Below are positions 9,623 through 20,902 of a stretch of 64,000 nucleotides of DNA, in pieces (the first letter of the stretch is position 1; each line of letters opens with the position of its first letter). The stretch is from an uncultured Gammaproteobacteria bacterium (GTDB lineage Bacteria; Patescibacteriota; Microgenomatia; Daviesbacterales; UBA10151). The position numbers and the translations under genes were made by a program. Under the pieces are notes generated by a model. It was not told where the DNA came from, made no database searches, and saw nothing but the letters and a program-made list of their open reading frames with translations. The DNA lies in contig CAYWKL010000002.1 of assembly GCA_964459095.1 (NCBI GenBank), positions 2,858-66,857 on the forward strand. Reading direction: 5' to 3'.

Positions 9623-10697
9623 ACTATTTTTATTATTAATTTTAATTTTATTTGTGGTGGCAAGTTGTCAAATCAGGGAACTTTCTAAAACCCAAGCAGA
9701 ACTTGATATTGACGATTGTAACACCAATCCAAGAGAAGATGATTTGTGTAAGTGTGAAGAATATAACTACATTGATAAAGAAGCAGGAGGATATGCAGAC
9801 GAGGCTTGTAATTATTTTTATAAATGGGGTCATGCTGATTGCGCAGCCGAAGCAAAACAATATGTAGACTCAATGAACTGGTCTACAAACGAAAGCAAAT
9901 ACATTTCGCAGATTAAATATGAGATGTATTGTGAGCAGCGTAAAATAAGAACATCAGGGGATTTCCAAAGATTCTGCCAAATAACTTGTGGTAAATCCCG
10001 CCCAAAGACAGATTATGAAAAACACCCAGAGGATTATGTTGCTGAAATAAAATTGATTTCAAATTGTTCTTCAAAGGTTTCTGATTCTGAAATTAATATT
10101 AGTTTGAGCCAGATGGAGATTTGGGCGACTCAATGCCTTAATCAAAAGGTAAATTGTAACATTTCATGTTCTTTAGGAAACCAAACAACCTATCGCCTCA
10201 AGAACGAATGCGAGAAAGGAAATGATAGGTATATACTTTCAAATATTTCTATTGATTGTAGTTTAACTGCCAATGCAGACTGGGTAACAGCGTCATGTTA
10301 TGAATCAACAGAGTCTGTATGTAGACTAAAAAATCAATGTGAGCTTAATAATCCTGATTGGGTGGAAGAAACAAATCCAAATTATCAGGAAGAATTTGGA
10401 TGGATTAACAACTCGATATGGTGGTTTTGTGATTGGGTACCTACAAATTATCCCAATGAAACTGGTGATGAGTATATTCCATCTTACGCAGACAAATGTG
10501 ATTACTATAAAAAAGAATTATTAAAATTAAATCAAACAATATGCCGAGAGAAAACTGAAGTTGAGAAATTAATGGATAAAGACTGTAAAAATTTATTTGA
10601 TGAAATAATTAAATGGAATTGTAAATCTGAGGGATTGATAAGTAAAGAGTGCGCAGAAAGAAAACAAGCTTGGAGGCTTAAAGGGTGTAAGATATAA
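9606..10697 (+). CDS. Secreted Cys-rich repeat protein
   Basis: Signal peptide ending VASC; repeats of (C/Y/S)R.K(N/T).(C/Y/V)E. Confidence 0.6.
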   Translation: MELMRKLFLLLILILFVVASCQIRELSKTQAELDIDDCNTNPREDDLCKCEEYNYIDKEAGGYADEACNYFYKWGHADCAAEAKQYVDSMNWSTNESKYISQIKYEMYCEQRKIRTSGDFQRFCQITCGKSRPKTDYEKHPEDYVAEIKLISNCSSKVSDSEINISLSQMEIWATQCLNQKVNCNISCSLGNQTTYRLKNECEKGNDRYILSNISIDCSLTANADWVTASCYESTESVCRLKNQCELNNPDWVEETNPNYQEEFGWINNSIWWFCDWVPTNYPNETGDEYIPSYADKCDYYKKELLKLNQTICREKTEVEKLMDKDCKNLFDEIIKWNCKSEGLISKECAERKQAWRLKGCKI

Positions 10698-10933
10698 TGC
10701 TTAAGAGATACAGGTTGTGGAACACATTTGAAAGAAGATGGTTTTGGAGCTGCTTGATTATTACAGCATTAGGCGCATATTCATTATTTATCTTCAAAAA
10801 TATTTTAGCAATAATAATCTTTGAAGTATCTCTGATATATTATGGAAATGTCATATTCAGAAGCTTATCACGGCAGGAAAGGGAGTGGAAAGGAGTTACA
10901 ACCTACCCAGTTACAGATGTGGAGGTAAAATGA
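10697..10933 (+). CDS. small membrane protein
   Basis: Two hydrophobic segments; operon-coupled. Confidence 0.55.
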   Translation: MLKRYRLWNTFERRWFWSCLIITALGAYSLFIFKNILAIIIFEVSLIYYGNVIFRSLSRQEREWKGVTTYPVTDVEVK

Positions 10934-11317
10934 ATGTCATCGGGAAAGTATGTGGTATACTTGTTTATTTTGTTGGTTGTACTTGCAGAAAAGCCCTCAC
11001 CGCCTGTATGCACTGAAATTAAAATGAACAATATAACTGAAATTAGATATGTTAATTCAACCAGGAATGTTGTAGGTCATACAAACTGCAGCATCCAGAT
11101 ACCTGAAAAAACCGGGTTGGATATAAAATGCGAGAATGGGACTCAAATATTCTGCCAGCCTATGGAATTCAACTTTGAAAGGTTAAATTCATTTGGAGTT
11201 TATGGAGGGCAGTACTGCTACAATGGGAGTGTAGAGGATTGCGCAAGGATAGGTGGGTGTGAAAATATATTAAGTGGCAGGGAAGGCAACATATATTACT
11301 ACAAGGTGTTTTGTTAA
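10934..11317 (+). CDS. secreted Cys-rich protein
   Basis: Signal peptide and several Cys residues. Confidence 0.55.
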   Translation: MSSGKYVVYLFILLVVLAEKPSPPVCTEIKMNNITEIRYVNSTRNVVGHTNCSIQIPEKTGLDIKCENGTQIFCQPMEFNFERLNSFGVYGGQYCYNGSVEDCARIGGCENILSGREGNIYYYKVFC

Positions 11318-11509
11318 AATGGAGGTGAACTAAAATGTCAGCATTAACGCCGGAAACTACGGTAACTATATTGATTGTAGGATATATAATAACCTTTGCC
11401 TATAGCGTCTATATGGCAATATTGAACTGGAAGCAGGCAAAGGTCAAGGATATACTACTTGAGACAAACAGTATATTGAGGAGGATAGAAAAGAAGATAA
11501 AGGAAAAGC

Positions 11510-12223
11510 ATGGCTGAAAAAAGCAAAATAGAATGGACGAATGCTTCATGGAATTGTGTTACAGGCTGCACTAAAGTTAGCGCTGGCTGTACTAATTGCT
11601 ATGCAGAAACACTTGCATTAAGATTGCAGAAAATGGGGAGCAAGAGATACAGGAATGCATTTACATTAACATTGCACGAGGATGCTTTAAACCTGCCATT
11701 AAAGTGGAAGGAACCCAAGAAGATATTTGTAAACAGCATGTCTGACCTGTTTCATAAGGATGTGCCCGATGACTTTATTGACAAAGTTTGGGAAGTTATG
11801 GAAAAGGCAAACTGGCATATTTATCAGATACTGACAAAGCGACCGGAACGGATGGCGCAGTATAGCTGGACCAAAGAGCAATTATCTAATGTGTGGCTTG
11901 GAACTTCTGTTGAAGATTTAAGAGTCAAGGATAGGATTAAATTATTGCAAACTTCAAATGCCAAAATTAGGTTCATAAGTTTTGAGCCTTTGATTGGGGA
12001 TGTTGGAGAACTTAATTTATCCAACATACACTGGGTTATTGTCGGCGGAGAATCTGGAAAAAATCACAGACCAATTGAAAGAGAATGGGTTACAAATATT
12101 TTAGCCCAATGCAAAAAACAGAATGTTGCCTTTTTCTTCAAGCAATGGGGTGGATTAAAGTCGAAATCAGGTGGAAGACAGCTTAATGGCAGGACTTATG
12201 ATGAGTATCCTAATGCAGTATAA
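11510..12223 (+). CDS. DUF5131 / phage Gp37Gp68 family protein (radical-SAM-like)
   Basis: SKIEWT..SWN..TGCTKVSAGCTNCYA, IFVNSMSDLFH, LTKRPER, WVIVGGESG, FFFKQWGG. Confidence 0.93.
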   Translation: MAEKSKIEWTNASWNCVTGCTKVSAGCTNCYAETLALRLQKMGSKRYRNAFTLTLHEDALNLPLKWKEPKKIFVNSMSDLFHKDVPDDFIDKVWEVMEKANWHIYQILTKRPERMAQYSWTKEQLSNVWLGTSVEDLRVKDRIKLLQTSNAKIRFISFEPLIGDVGELNLSNIHWVIVGGESGKNHRPIEREWVTNILAQCKKQNVAFFFKQWGGLKSKSGGRQLNGRTYDEYPNAV

Positions 12224-12225
12224 GA

Positions 12226-12504
12226 ATGGTTAAATCATACATCTATAGGATATTGGGAAAAGGCAAGTTCAAAGTAACCAGAATAGATGAGTCCATGGAG
12301 AGAGGAGCAAAAGGAAGATTAAAAGAATATTTGGTTGATTTAAGCGGCGGTGATATGTGTTGTGATTGTGAAGGATTTTATTACAGCAAGAAGCCATGCA
12401 AACATCTCAAATCCGTTTTATCTCAGTTAGCAGAAAATAAAGGCGGAATACTTGATTATGAAAGAAAAGGAGATTATGAAAGGTTGATTAACAATTTAAA
12501 ATGA
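12226..12504 (+). CDS. SWIM zinc-finger protein
   Basis: Y.V.......CDC......PCKHL. Confidence 0.75.
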   Translation: MVKSYIYRILGKGKFKVTRIDESMERGAKGRLKEYLVDLSGGDMCCDCEGFYYSKKPCKHLKSVLSQLAENKGGILDYERKGDYERLINNLK

Positions 12505-12863
12505 TTAGGGAGGTAATAACAATGAAATCAAAAAGTTTAACTTATTACCAACTAGAAAAAGAATTTGACAGAAAAGTTAAGGAATTGCAGGATAGATGCC
12601 CACATAAGAGGATTACTAAATGGATGGAGGGATGGTGGGCGCCCGGACATGGAACAGGAACTTCAACCAGATTGTGTAAAAGATGCAATGCCCAAGTGTA
12701 CTCTAGTTACACCTGCAAGTTCTGTGACAAATGCAAGAAACAAAATCCTTGGTATGTTACCGCTTGTGGGGAATGTGAAAAGGGGAAGTTGATAACATAC
12801 TTTGTTATTGAGAGGTTGGGAAATATTATTAAGAAAGAGAAACTTAAAGAGGATTTAAAATGA
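12501..12863 (+). CDS. Zn-binding hypothetical protein
   Basis: CPH and several CxxC motifs. Confidence 0.55.
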   Translation: MIREVITMKSKSLTYYQLEKEFDRKVKELQDRCPHKRITKWMEGWWAPGHGTGTSTRLCKRCNAQVYSSYTCKFCDKCKKQNPWYVTACGECEKGKLITYFVIERLGNIIKKEKLKEDLK

Positions 12864-13149
12864 GCGACGATGAATTTGATAATGAGGACCCCATAGGGCT
12901 GTTCAGGGGCATTAAGCCTTACAATAAGTGTGAGGACTGCAATAATAAAATAAAACCCGGCTATAAGAAATGTTACAGATGCCATCTAAAATCAGGAGGC
13001 CCGCCAAGATGATAAACTGGGATTACTGTACATTTGTATCTGCTTCCATAGGGATAGGAGGGGTAGGGCTTGGGATAATTATAGGATGGATTTTGAAGTC
13101 AAACCGCAAGATATAAATATAAGCGGGTAATATTGATAATATAGGTAAT

Positions 13150-13629
13150 ATGGTAAAACAACAATGCGGCAAGGATGGATGTAAAGAAAGTGCAGTTTAT
13201 TGTGAAGAGCATTACTTTAAGCTGAGAAGAAAATTGTCTAATAGAAACTACACATTATTAGTATTGGCGTTAGGCTTGCTATCTGTTTTTCTTCTGGTGT
13301 GGTTTCCTCTCAAAGATGTTGACGAGAATAAATTTTGTCAGGAAAAGGTAAACAAATACTTTCCGGAATTTAAGTTTGAGAATGTATATTTAAGTTTAAA
13401 TAGAGAATGTGTAGGGGAAGTTAGAGAGAATCAAATAAATGTCAAAAGAGATGGACTAACATTGGTTGAAGGCAAGGAAGAAGAACAGATAACTAAAACG
13501 TTTAAATTAGATGAAGCGGGCATAAGATATTTGGAAAGCGATGATTTATACGGATTAATGTTCCTAGTGGGTATATTTACAACTTTCATGTTATTTGTTG
13601 TTATCAAAGAATGGATAATGGGATTATAA
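13150..13629 (+). CDS. membrane protein (2 TM)
   Basis: ORF track; TATA box at 13112. Confidence 0.6.
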   Translation: MVKQQCGKDGCKESAVYCEEHYFKLRRKLSNRNYTLLVLALGLLSVFLLVWFPLKDVDENKFCQEKVNKYFPEFKFENVYLSLNRECVGEVRENQINVKRDGLTLVEGKEEEQITKTFKLDEAGIRYLESDDLYGLMFLVGIFTTFMLFVVIKEWIMGL

Positions 13630-13645
13630 TATTATATTAACTCAG

Positions 13646-13774
13646 ATGACTAAGAAGCTTATGGATGTGGATGATGCACTATGGAATAAATTCAAGAAGA
13701 AGTGTGTCAATAATGATATCACTATGAAGGAACAGTTAAATATATTGGTTAAGGGATATGTTGAGAAAGGGTAA
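13646..13774 (+). CDS. Ribbon-helix-helix protein
   Basis: Hand translation MTKKLMDVDDALWNKFKKKCVNNDITMKEQLNILVKGYVEKG. Confidence 0.65.
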   Translation: MTKKLMDVDDALWNKFKKKCVNNDITMKEQLNILVKGYVEKG

Positions 13775-13787
13775 ATGGAGGTAAAAA

Positions 13788-14393
13788 ATGAATAAGAAAA
13801 TATTGGTTATAGGTGCGTTGATAATAACAATTTTATCAAATTTGGCATTGGCATTATCATATCCGGTGTCAAGTATTGTGCATGGAAATTTTTCAGTCAG
13901 TCCTTGCGGAATTATCACAGGAGACCAATGTTCTGTTAAGTTGGATGGGCAGGGGGCATTGGACAAATTTGGTAAGAGAGGCATAATACAAACTACAATG
14001 CCAGGAATTGCTCCGAACAAATATTTTGTGCAATTAGATGGAAATATTACAACACAATGGTCAGGTGTATTAATATTCCCAAATGTTTATTGTGGTAACT
14101 CAACAGGTTATATCAATAATATAGATACCGATGGAGACAAATTTTCCTACACTATAAATGGAACTACATGCACAAAAAAACCTTCAATAGCAAATCAGGT
14201 ACAAATATTTAATGTAGGTGATTATACGGAATTTTCTGGAACATTCAGCATTTCTGGTGGAAATGGAAAGTATGCAGGTAAAACTGGAATTGGTCAATTA
14301 AAAATTTATGAAACAAAGAATATGTTAGCAAGATTTGCTTATAGGGCAAATTCGTTTTGGTATGCTACACTATATGGAACCATATCTGACTAA
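13788..14393 (+). CDS. secreted beta-rich protein
   Basis: Signal peptide; GTFSISGGNGKYAG.TG.G motif of dirigent/allene-oxide-cyclase-like barrels. Confidence 0.55.
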   Translation: MNKKILVIGALIITILSNLALALSYPVSSIVHGNFSVSPCGIITGDQCSVKLDGQGALDKFGKRGIIQTTMPGIAPNKYFVQLDGNITTQWSGVLIFPNVYCGNSTGYINNIDTDGDKFSYTINGTTCTKKPSIANQVQIFNVGDYTEFSGTFSISGGNGKYAGKTGIGQLKIYETKNMLARFAYRANSFWYATLYGTISD

Positions 14394-14442
14394 AAGAGGT
14401 ATTCGAAAATGAAAAAACAAATAATTGAGGAGGTAGGCAAAA

Positions 14443-15273
14443 ATGGCAGTTTATAGCGGATATGTGATTGGTGGGATTGTTGCTTTATTTTTGATAGCAG
14501 GAGTTAGAATAGTAAGGCCTATTGAAAGGGGATTAATAGAAAGGCTAGGAAAATACAACAGGTTTGCAGAAGCGGGATTTCATTTTGTGATTCCCTTAAT
14601 AGAGAAAATGGTTAGGGTGGATATCACAGAGAATATGATGGAGATAGACACGCAGGAGATTATTACCGAGGATAATTTAAATGCAAAGGTGGATTTAGTG
14701 GTTTACTATAAAGTTATTGAAGATGAAAGCGCAGTCAAGAAATCAGTCTATAAGGTTTCAGAATTTGTGCCGCAGATTACAAGGCTTGCGCAGACAACTA
14801 CAAGAAATGTCATAGGAACAATGGCTTTTAAGGATGTTAATTCTAAAAGGAATAAGCTGAATGTAGATATTGCCACTATTCTGAAAAAAGAGACTGCAAG
14901 CTGGGGTGTTGAAATACTGAGGGTAGAGCTTAAGGAGATAATCCCGCCAAAAGAAGTTCAGGAAACCATGAACCAGGTTATACAGGCGGAGAATACCAAG
15001 AGAGCAGCTATTGACTTTGCTACCTCAGTAGAAACAAAAGCTGATGGCGAAAAGAGAGCATTAATCAAATCAGCAGAAGGGCAGAGGCAGATGAAAATAT
15101 TGGTTGCAGAAGGTGCAGCAAAGGCTTATGACCTTGTTAATGCACACTTTAAGGGAAATGCCCAGCTTCTTAAAAAATTGGAAGTTGCGCAGATAGCATT
15201 GCAGAACAACGCAAAAATAGTTTTAGGTGCGGACAGCAAACAAGTGCTTAAACTATTTGACTTGAACAGGTAG
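14443..15273 (+). CDS. SPFH/band-7 (stomatin/paraslipin-like) protein
   Basis: RIVRP.ERGLIERLGKY, Q.IIT.DN...VD, R.VIG.M, WGVEILRVELKEI.PP. Confidence 0.93.
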   Translation: MAVYSGYVIGGIVALFLIAGVRIVRPIERGLIERLGKYNRFAEAGFHFVIPLIEKMVRVDITENMMEIDTQEIITEDNLNAKVDLVVYYKVIEDESAVKKSVYKVSEFVPQITRLAQTTTRNVIGTMAFKDVNSKRNKLNVDIATILKKETASWGVEILRVELKEIIPPKEVQETMNQVIQAENTKRAAIDFATSVETKADGEKRALIKSAEGQRQMKILVAEGAAKAYDLVNAHFKGNAQLLKKLEVAQIALQNNAKIVLGADSKQVLKLFDLNR

Positions 15274-15594
15274 GTGATTAAAATGGCAGAAGAAGGAATG
15301 GTTGAATGCTCCGAATGTGGAGAAGAAGTTGATGAGGATGATGTTTACGAATGCCAGACTTGTAAAAAAACTAACCTTTGTGAGGATTGTCAAGTTGGCT
15401 GTTCTGAATGTGAAGATGTGATGTGTGACAACTGCCAGATAGTATTTGAAAATGCAGATATAACTTTATGCAAGAAATGCATAGATAAGGTATATGCAGT
15501 AAAAGAGGTTGTCAAAGAAAAGATTGTAGAGAAGATAGTTGAGGTCCCAAAAGAAGTAATAAAGGTAATGGGATTCAGCGAACCAATACTATGA
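15274..15594 (+). CDS. multi-CxxC zinc-finger protein
   Basis: Six CxxC pairs. Confidence 0.65.
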   Translation: MIKMAEEGMVECSECGEEVDEDDVYECQTCKKTNLCEDCQVGCSECEDVMCDNCQIVFENADITLCKKCIDKVYAVKEVVKEKIVEKIVEVPKEVIKVMGFSEPIL

Positions 15595-15738
15595 ACACAA
15601 CATTACAAAAAGCTTTCAGTAAACTGAGAGACAGGATTGTGAAACATCGTAAGAATTGTAAAAAATGGCAAGATGGGAAACAGTGTTTTGACTGCCATAG
15701 GAATACTTTAACATCAATAGAAAAAGAGGTATACGAAT

Positions 15739-16371
15739 TTGACTAAACTAACTTTAATATGTATGATTGGAGTATTATTGATTGGTGGATGCTCTAGTTA
15801 TTACCCATCAGAAATAAGGATAGATAATCAAGCGGGTGAAAGGGTGTTAGTAGACATAAGCAAGAACAATACCAAAGTTGATATTACTATCCAGGAGAAA
15901 CCAAGAGAATTAGTTGAATACTATCTTAAAGGTGACCAACCAATTCAAATTTATTGTGTTGATGAGATAAACAACCAAATAATTTTAAATCATAGCATTC
16001 TCTCGGAGTATCAAAGAGAGAAAGTTGTGAGGGAAAATGTAGTATACACCTATCCAAGATTTGATGTAAATTCCATGCAGAATGTCTTAAAGATTAACAA
16101 TAGTAATTATCTGGATTGTTACTTGAAAGGAATGCTTGAACTCAGCAGAATTAGTTATGTAGACGGAATCTTCATATCTAATAACACAGAATTTGTAAGG
16201 TTTAGCGATATATTTAAAACACGTGAATTTAGCATGGATTGTATAAACTATAATAATAAACCACAAAATGAATGTTTGGTTACATCAACATCGTATGAAC
16301 TGCGGCAGTTTATAGAATCACCCAAAGGTGCAGGTTATTATATATTTGAGTATATTATTGAACTAAAATAA
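15739..16371 (+). CDS. putative lipoprotein
   Basis: LLIGGC lipobox-like motif. Confidence 0.55.
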   Translation: MTKLTLICMIGVLLIGGCSSYYPSEIRIDNQAGERVLVDISKNNTKVDITIQEKPRELVEYYLKGDQPIQIYCVDEINNQIILNHSILSEYQREKVVRENVVYTYPRFDVNSMQNVLKINNSNYLDCYLKGMLELSRISYVDGIFISNNTEFVRFSDIFKTREFSMDCINYNNKPQNECLVTSTSYELRQFIESPKGAGYYIFEYIIELK

Positions 16372-16375
16372 AAAA

Positions 16376-16672
16376 ATGGCCACCATAAACCCTAAATGGA
16401 TTATCACCATTGCCTTAGGGTTCCCAATACTCTACATATGGCAGAAATGGGAGTTCAGTATATTGTTTCTTGCAGGGGCTGCATTTTGGGCGTGGAAAAC
16501 CTTTGACGAGGAATATGTGCACAAGTCAGAAGTCGAGAAGAGGGATGTTCCAAGATTGGGGCCTGAGCAGCCTTTCTTCGCTGCAGAGAAGACATGGGAG
16601 ATTGCACCGGACGGAACACCAGTCGCAAAATACCAGGCTCCGCAGCAGTATACTACGCAGAGAGGGAGATAA
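16376..16672 (+). CDS. small membrane protein
   Basis: 2 TM segments; higher-GC codon style. Confidence 0.6.
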   Translation: MATINPKWIITIALGFPILYIWQKWEFSILFLAGAAFWAWKTFDEEYVHKSEVEKRDVPRLGPEQPFFAAEKTWEIAPDGTPVAKYQAPQQYTTQRGR

Positions 16673-17164
16673 AATATAGGAGGGGTATAAATGTTTAACA
16701 ATGAATTGGTTTTGGATACTTTTGGCAGAATAAGGTTAGTTGAATGCCATGATTTAGTGAATAACAATAAAGAGTGGTATATACAAAGAATGAGATGGTT
16801 TGGATGGGATACTGAAGAGTTTGGAAACAAAAAGAAAATTGTTGGAGCATATAATAGAATTAAAAAACACATCTCAAAAACTCAATACAATACATAAAAT
16901 TGGGTACATTCTAAAGTATAAAAATGATTAAGAAAGAAATTAAGACTGAATGGCAAAATCAGGATGGTGAAAATTTTGGTGGGTTTGAAGTATTTACTTT
17001 AATTTTAATAATCATAATGTTACCACTGTTAATTCTTTGGATATGGTCAAATGATAAATTTTATAAAATTATGCTTACTGTTTTTATAACTATATTTTGG
17101 TTGATAATTTATCATAAAGAGTTTCCAAAACGGAAGATATATTTGATAGACAAATAATGATGAG

Positions 17165-17929
17165 GTGGTTTTTATGAAGAAGAACAAATATAAATTATTC
17201 AGCAACCCAATCAAGTGGTATATCCAGAATGTTAAGGACAGCATTGAACCTACTAACTTAAGCCACAGGGTAAGGATGAATATTGATATACCTAAAGGAG
17301 CAACAAAAGGCAGGGCTTTGATTCCATGCGCTATCTATTCATTTGACCACTCTATTGACCTGAATCCTGCTTTAATCAGAAGAAAGGACAAAAAGAAGAT
17401 TAGTGAGTTTCCTGTGAATAAAAGATTCAGTTATGACAGCAATAAATATGATGTGCAGCTAACCAAACAAGAAAAGAAATTAGGATACACTTTAGATGAG
17501 ATTGAGAAATGCAGGCATTGCGGCCAGAGATTAGTTATCGCTGAAGTTGCAGAAACAAGATACAGAAGCTGCCCGGACATTAAAGTGAGAGTTGCTGACA
17601 ATGCAAAAGAAGACTTGAAAATACCTGTGGATTTTGGCATAAACAAAAAGGATGTGATGATGGGGATGTGGTCATGGCTGTTCTTTGACTCGGTAATCGT
17701 CTTTGTAGGGTTTAGCGCTGTTACTGGGTTCAATCTAAGTGAGTATACAACACCATTTATTTCGGCCATCCCTAATTGGGTAAAGTGGATTGTAGGCATT
17801 CCATTGGTAGCTTGGGTATTATTGATGTTAATTGTAATGTTAAGCAGAATACATTACAAAGCATATATGCTATGGAAATGGTGGAGGAATATCAAGCCTA
17901 CATTAACAAAAATTAGAGTTGCAAACTAA
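17165..17929 (+). CDS. membrane protein with CxxC motif
   Basis: Two C-terminal TM segments. Confidence 0.65.
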   Translation: MVFMKKNKYKLFSNPIKWYIQNVKDSIEPTNLSHRVRMNIDIPKGATKGRALIPCAIYSFDHSIDLNPALIRRKDKKKISEFPVNKRFSYDSNKYDVQLTKQEKKLGYTLDEIEKCRHCGQRLVIAEVAETRYRSCPDIKVRVADNAKEDLKIPVDFGINKKDVMMGMWSWLFFDSVIVFVGFSAVTGFNLSEYTTPFISAIPNWVKWIVGIPLVAWVLLMLIVMLSRIHYKAYMLWKWWRNIKPTLTKIRVAN

Positions 17930-18247
17930 GAGGTGAAATAAGATGCTTAAAATAATAAAAAAACAAGAATGGTATAAACATATTTTTGCTAAATTTCAGC
18001 GCAAAGACTTTATGCATTTGATTATGTATGTATTGATTTTGTTGGGTGGACACATATTCTGGAAGATGATAGGATACTCAAAGCTTACAGAACAACAATC
18101 AATATTATTTCAAGAAAGATTAGTTTCATTCTTTGAAGTTTTATTATTGGTGATAGGAATCCATTATATTGTGAGAGTTGTAGAGTATATGTGGGAGAAG
18201 CTAAAATATCCCAAATTAACTTCAAATAAAATAAAGGAGGAAATACC

Positions 18248-18724
18248 ATGACTATTGAAGAATTTTTGAGGGCATATTATGGATTTATAATATTGGGAGT
18301 GGTTGTCATACTGCTGCTTGCCTGGAATTCTGCTGTGCGCTATATAAAAAAGTCAAAAGCAAAAAATTTAGATATTCTGCCTCAGTCCGGGCTGGATGAT
18401 GCGCTTTTCAGCCTTGAGCAGGAAAGCCTGTTTGAGGATATTCAGGGCAAGGATGCTCTTGACAGCTTTCAGGAGCAGAGGGCAATGGCAGAGAAGCAGA
18501 TAAATAAGATTAAAGAAGACGGAAAAAAGATGGTGAGAGACGAGCTTAATTTTATAAATGAATACAGGCAGAAGAAGTATCAGTTTGACAGAGACAGGAA
18601 AAGCCTTGGGATGAAATATTCAGTATGGGTTAACCAGCTCAGGATGATAGACGAGATGATTGCCAACCAATCCAGAATAAGGGAAGAGTTCAACAAGATG
18701 AAAGATGTGAGTGGTGAACTATGA
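18248..18724 (+). CDS. TM-anchored coiled-coil protein
   Basis: N-terminal TM and heptad-rich body. Confidence 0.65.
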   Translation: MTIEEFLRAYYGFIILGVVVILLLAWNSAVRYIKKSKAKNLDILPQSGLDDALFSLEQESLFEDIQGKDALDSFQEQRAMAEKQINKIKEDGKKMVRDELNFINEYRQKKYQFDRDRKSLGMKYSVWVNQLRMIDEMIANQSRIREEFNKMKDVSGEL

Positions 18725-19026
18725 AAAAGATGTTATTTGTTGTAGTTTTGTTGAGCATTCTTATTGTTGGGTGTTCAGCAAAAATAGTTAGTTTGAAAGG
18801 GAAGATAGTAAGGATAGATGATTCCGGAAATTCTATAATAAATTCAGCAAAAACAGTTATACCCATCTGTTATCCTGATTATAAACTGCTACAAGAAGGA
18901 GATGAAGTGATATTGACAAAAAAAGAAGGTTTTCTGGAAGTTACTTGTTATCATATTGAACATTTAGAATATTGATTTTACTTTCGGAACTACTGAAAAA
19001 ACCTAAAAGTATATAAATAAGCTAGT

Positions 19027-20856
19027 TTGTATTATCTGTATTACCTTGTTTCCAAAATGCATGAATCTGACTTTGCTTTGCAGTGGCTGGATTACCTAGG
19101 CAATGAAATATATAACAACGGAAAAAGGATATTTAAATATGAAGGCCAGCCCAAATACGATATTTCTAGGCTAATCAGCAGGATAAGGATTGGTGAGGAG
19201 CTTGGGTCTGAGAAGAATATAGAATACACATTTATGTCTTATTCTGAACTTCAGAAGGTGGGGTATGTTGTATTTGCCGGAACTGACCTTATCTGGAGGG
19301 AGAGGCAGCAGTATTATTACAAGCTAAAGAAGAGGGACAGGGACAGTGTAGGAATCAATGAAAAGGTCTTTGATAGGAAGCTTAAGGTTCAGCATGACCC
19401 CACAAACAGAAGAATTCGTTTGGTTGGGGAGGATGTGCTGCCACCACAAAAATCACCCATAAATTCAGGAGTAGGCCCCTGGATAGTTTACGACGCAGAT
19501 GCTCCAAAAGAAAGTGATACCCAGGCAAGAAGGGATTTCGCGCTCAGCAAGGAGGGAATCAGGGCATCCTTAAGGAAATGGCAGTATGGGGATAACAGCG
19601 AAGAAGCCGAATATGCTGAAATCAAGGAGCTTCCGATACTCCTGTCGGATGAAAAGTATATAGTATGCATACGGAAGAATATAGTATGCCAAAGGATTAT
19701 TGTGGTAGGGGAGCCGGGTTTTGGTAAATCAATTTGTTGCAACTCGCTTGCAGGAAGAATCTTCTATATATGGGAAGACAGAGTAGGGTGGCTCATTGAC
19801 CCGTTAAACCAGTTTAATGATATAAGCATGCCGCAGGCATTTGACAAGTTTAACAAGATAAATGCATTAATTAATAATGAGCCAAAGCCAATCCCGGCAA
19901 TTCAGTTGTATCTTGCATGTAAGCATAAAGTAGATATGAAAAATAAGGATATTAGCCTGCTGTTAACCTTAGATTTTCTGGAGTTTCTGAACAAATACAA
20001 ATTTTATACCTTTGGCATAAAGGATATGGATGTGGGAGACACTATAAGATACCTCATGGACTTTATTAAGGAGATAAAAGATGTTACTACTTCTGAGGAG
20101 ATAAGTGAGATAATGTTGGATAAGGTCCCAAATGCCCACAAGGATAAGGGAATGAAGGCTATGATATACAAATGGGCAAACACATTTGAGTATATATTTA
20201 AGGAGAAGTTTACTTCCAATATGTACTTGGATGACAAGAAAGCCGCCCATTCATTGCAGCTTAAGCTGAAAGATGGCACGGAGATGGAAGGCCACCCATT
20301 CATTATGTGCTATGAAGCAGGGTTAATTCCTGTTTTGAATATGTCAGCCGCGCGCCGCCAGAGATGGATAAGGAATTACCTTGCTGACCTTATGCAGAAG
20401 ATTGTAGCACATCAAAGCAATGTTCCTGAGGAAAGGAAGCACAGGGTGTGGATTATTGCTGACGAGCTGAATGAGATATATGAAATTGGAAAAAAGAAAG
20501 ACAATGCATTTTTAGCATTTGAAGAATTATTTAGGCAGGGAAGATTCAACAATATAGGGTTTATAGGGAATACGCAGTCTCTTGAAAAGCTGAATCCGGA
20601 GATGTACAAAAATGCAACACATATCTGCTGTGTTTATATGAAGGACTCAAAAGACAGGAAAAGGGTGGGGGATACTTACAATCTCGACAGGGAGGAATAT
20701 GACAAAATTGAGTCCCTCAAGGAGCAGGAGATGATGGTGTTCAGCAAGGAGCCTTTCATAACTTATGACAGGTGGGGCAAGAGGAGGGTTACAGACAGGA
20801 AATGGTTCAGGGGAAGGATACTGCCGCCTATAAACTTCCACAAGGTGCCGGGTTGA
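19027..20856 (+). CDS. HerA/FtsK/VirB4-superfamily ATPase (possible genome packaging or translocation; likely start 19057)
   Basis: Walker A GEPGFGKS, LIDP, Walker B WIIADE, RQGR..IGFIGNTQS. Confidence 0.8.
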   Translation: MYYLYYLVSKMHESDFALQWLDYLGNEIYNNGKRIFKYEGQPKYDISRLISRIRIGEELGSEKNIEYTFMSYSELQKVGYVVFAGTDLIWRERQQYYYKLKKRDRDSVGINEKVFDRKLKVQHDPTNRRIRLVGEDVLPPQKSPINSGVGPWIVYDADAPKESDTQARRDFALSKEGIRASLRKWQYGDNSEEAEYAEIKELPILLSDEKYIVCIRKNIVCQRIIVVGEPGFGKSICCNSLAGRIFYIWEDRVGWLIDPLNQFNDISMPQAFDKFNKINALINNEPKPIPAIQLYLACKHKVDMKNKDISLLLTLDFLEFLNKYKFYTFGIKDMDVGDTIRYLMDFIKEIKDVTTSEEISEIMLDKVPNAHKDKGMKAMIYKWANTFEYIFKEKFTSNMYLDDKKAAHSLQLKLKDGTEMEGHPFIMCYEAGLIPVLNMSAARRQRWIRNYLADLMQKIVAHQSNVPEERKHRVWIIADELNEIYEIGKKKDNAFLAFEELFRQGRFNNIGFIGNTQSLEKLNPEMYKNATHICCVYMKDSKDRKRVGDTYNLDREEYDKIESLKEQEMMVFSKEPFITYDRWGKRRVTDRKWFRGRILPPINFHKVPG

Positions 20857-20902
20857 AAAAATTAAAAGATATAACAGACCTTAAAAATTTTGGTTAAGAG
20901 GT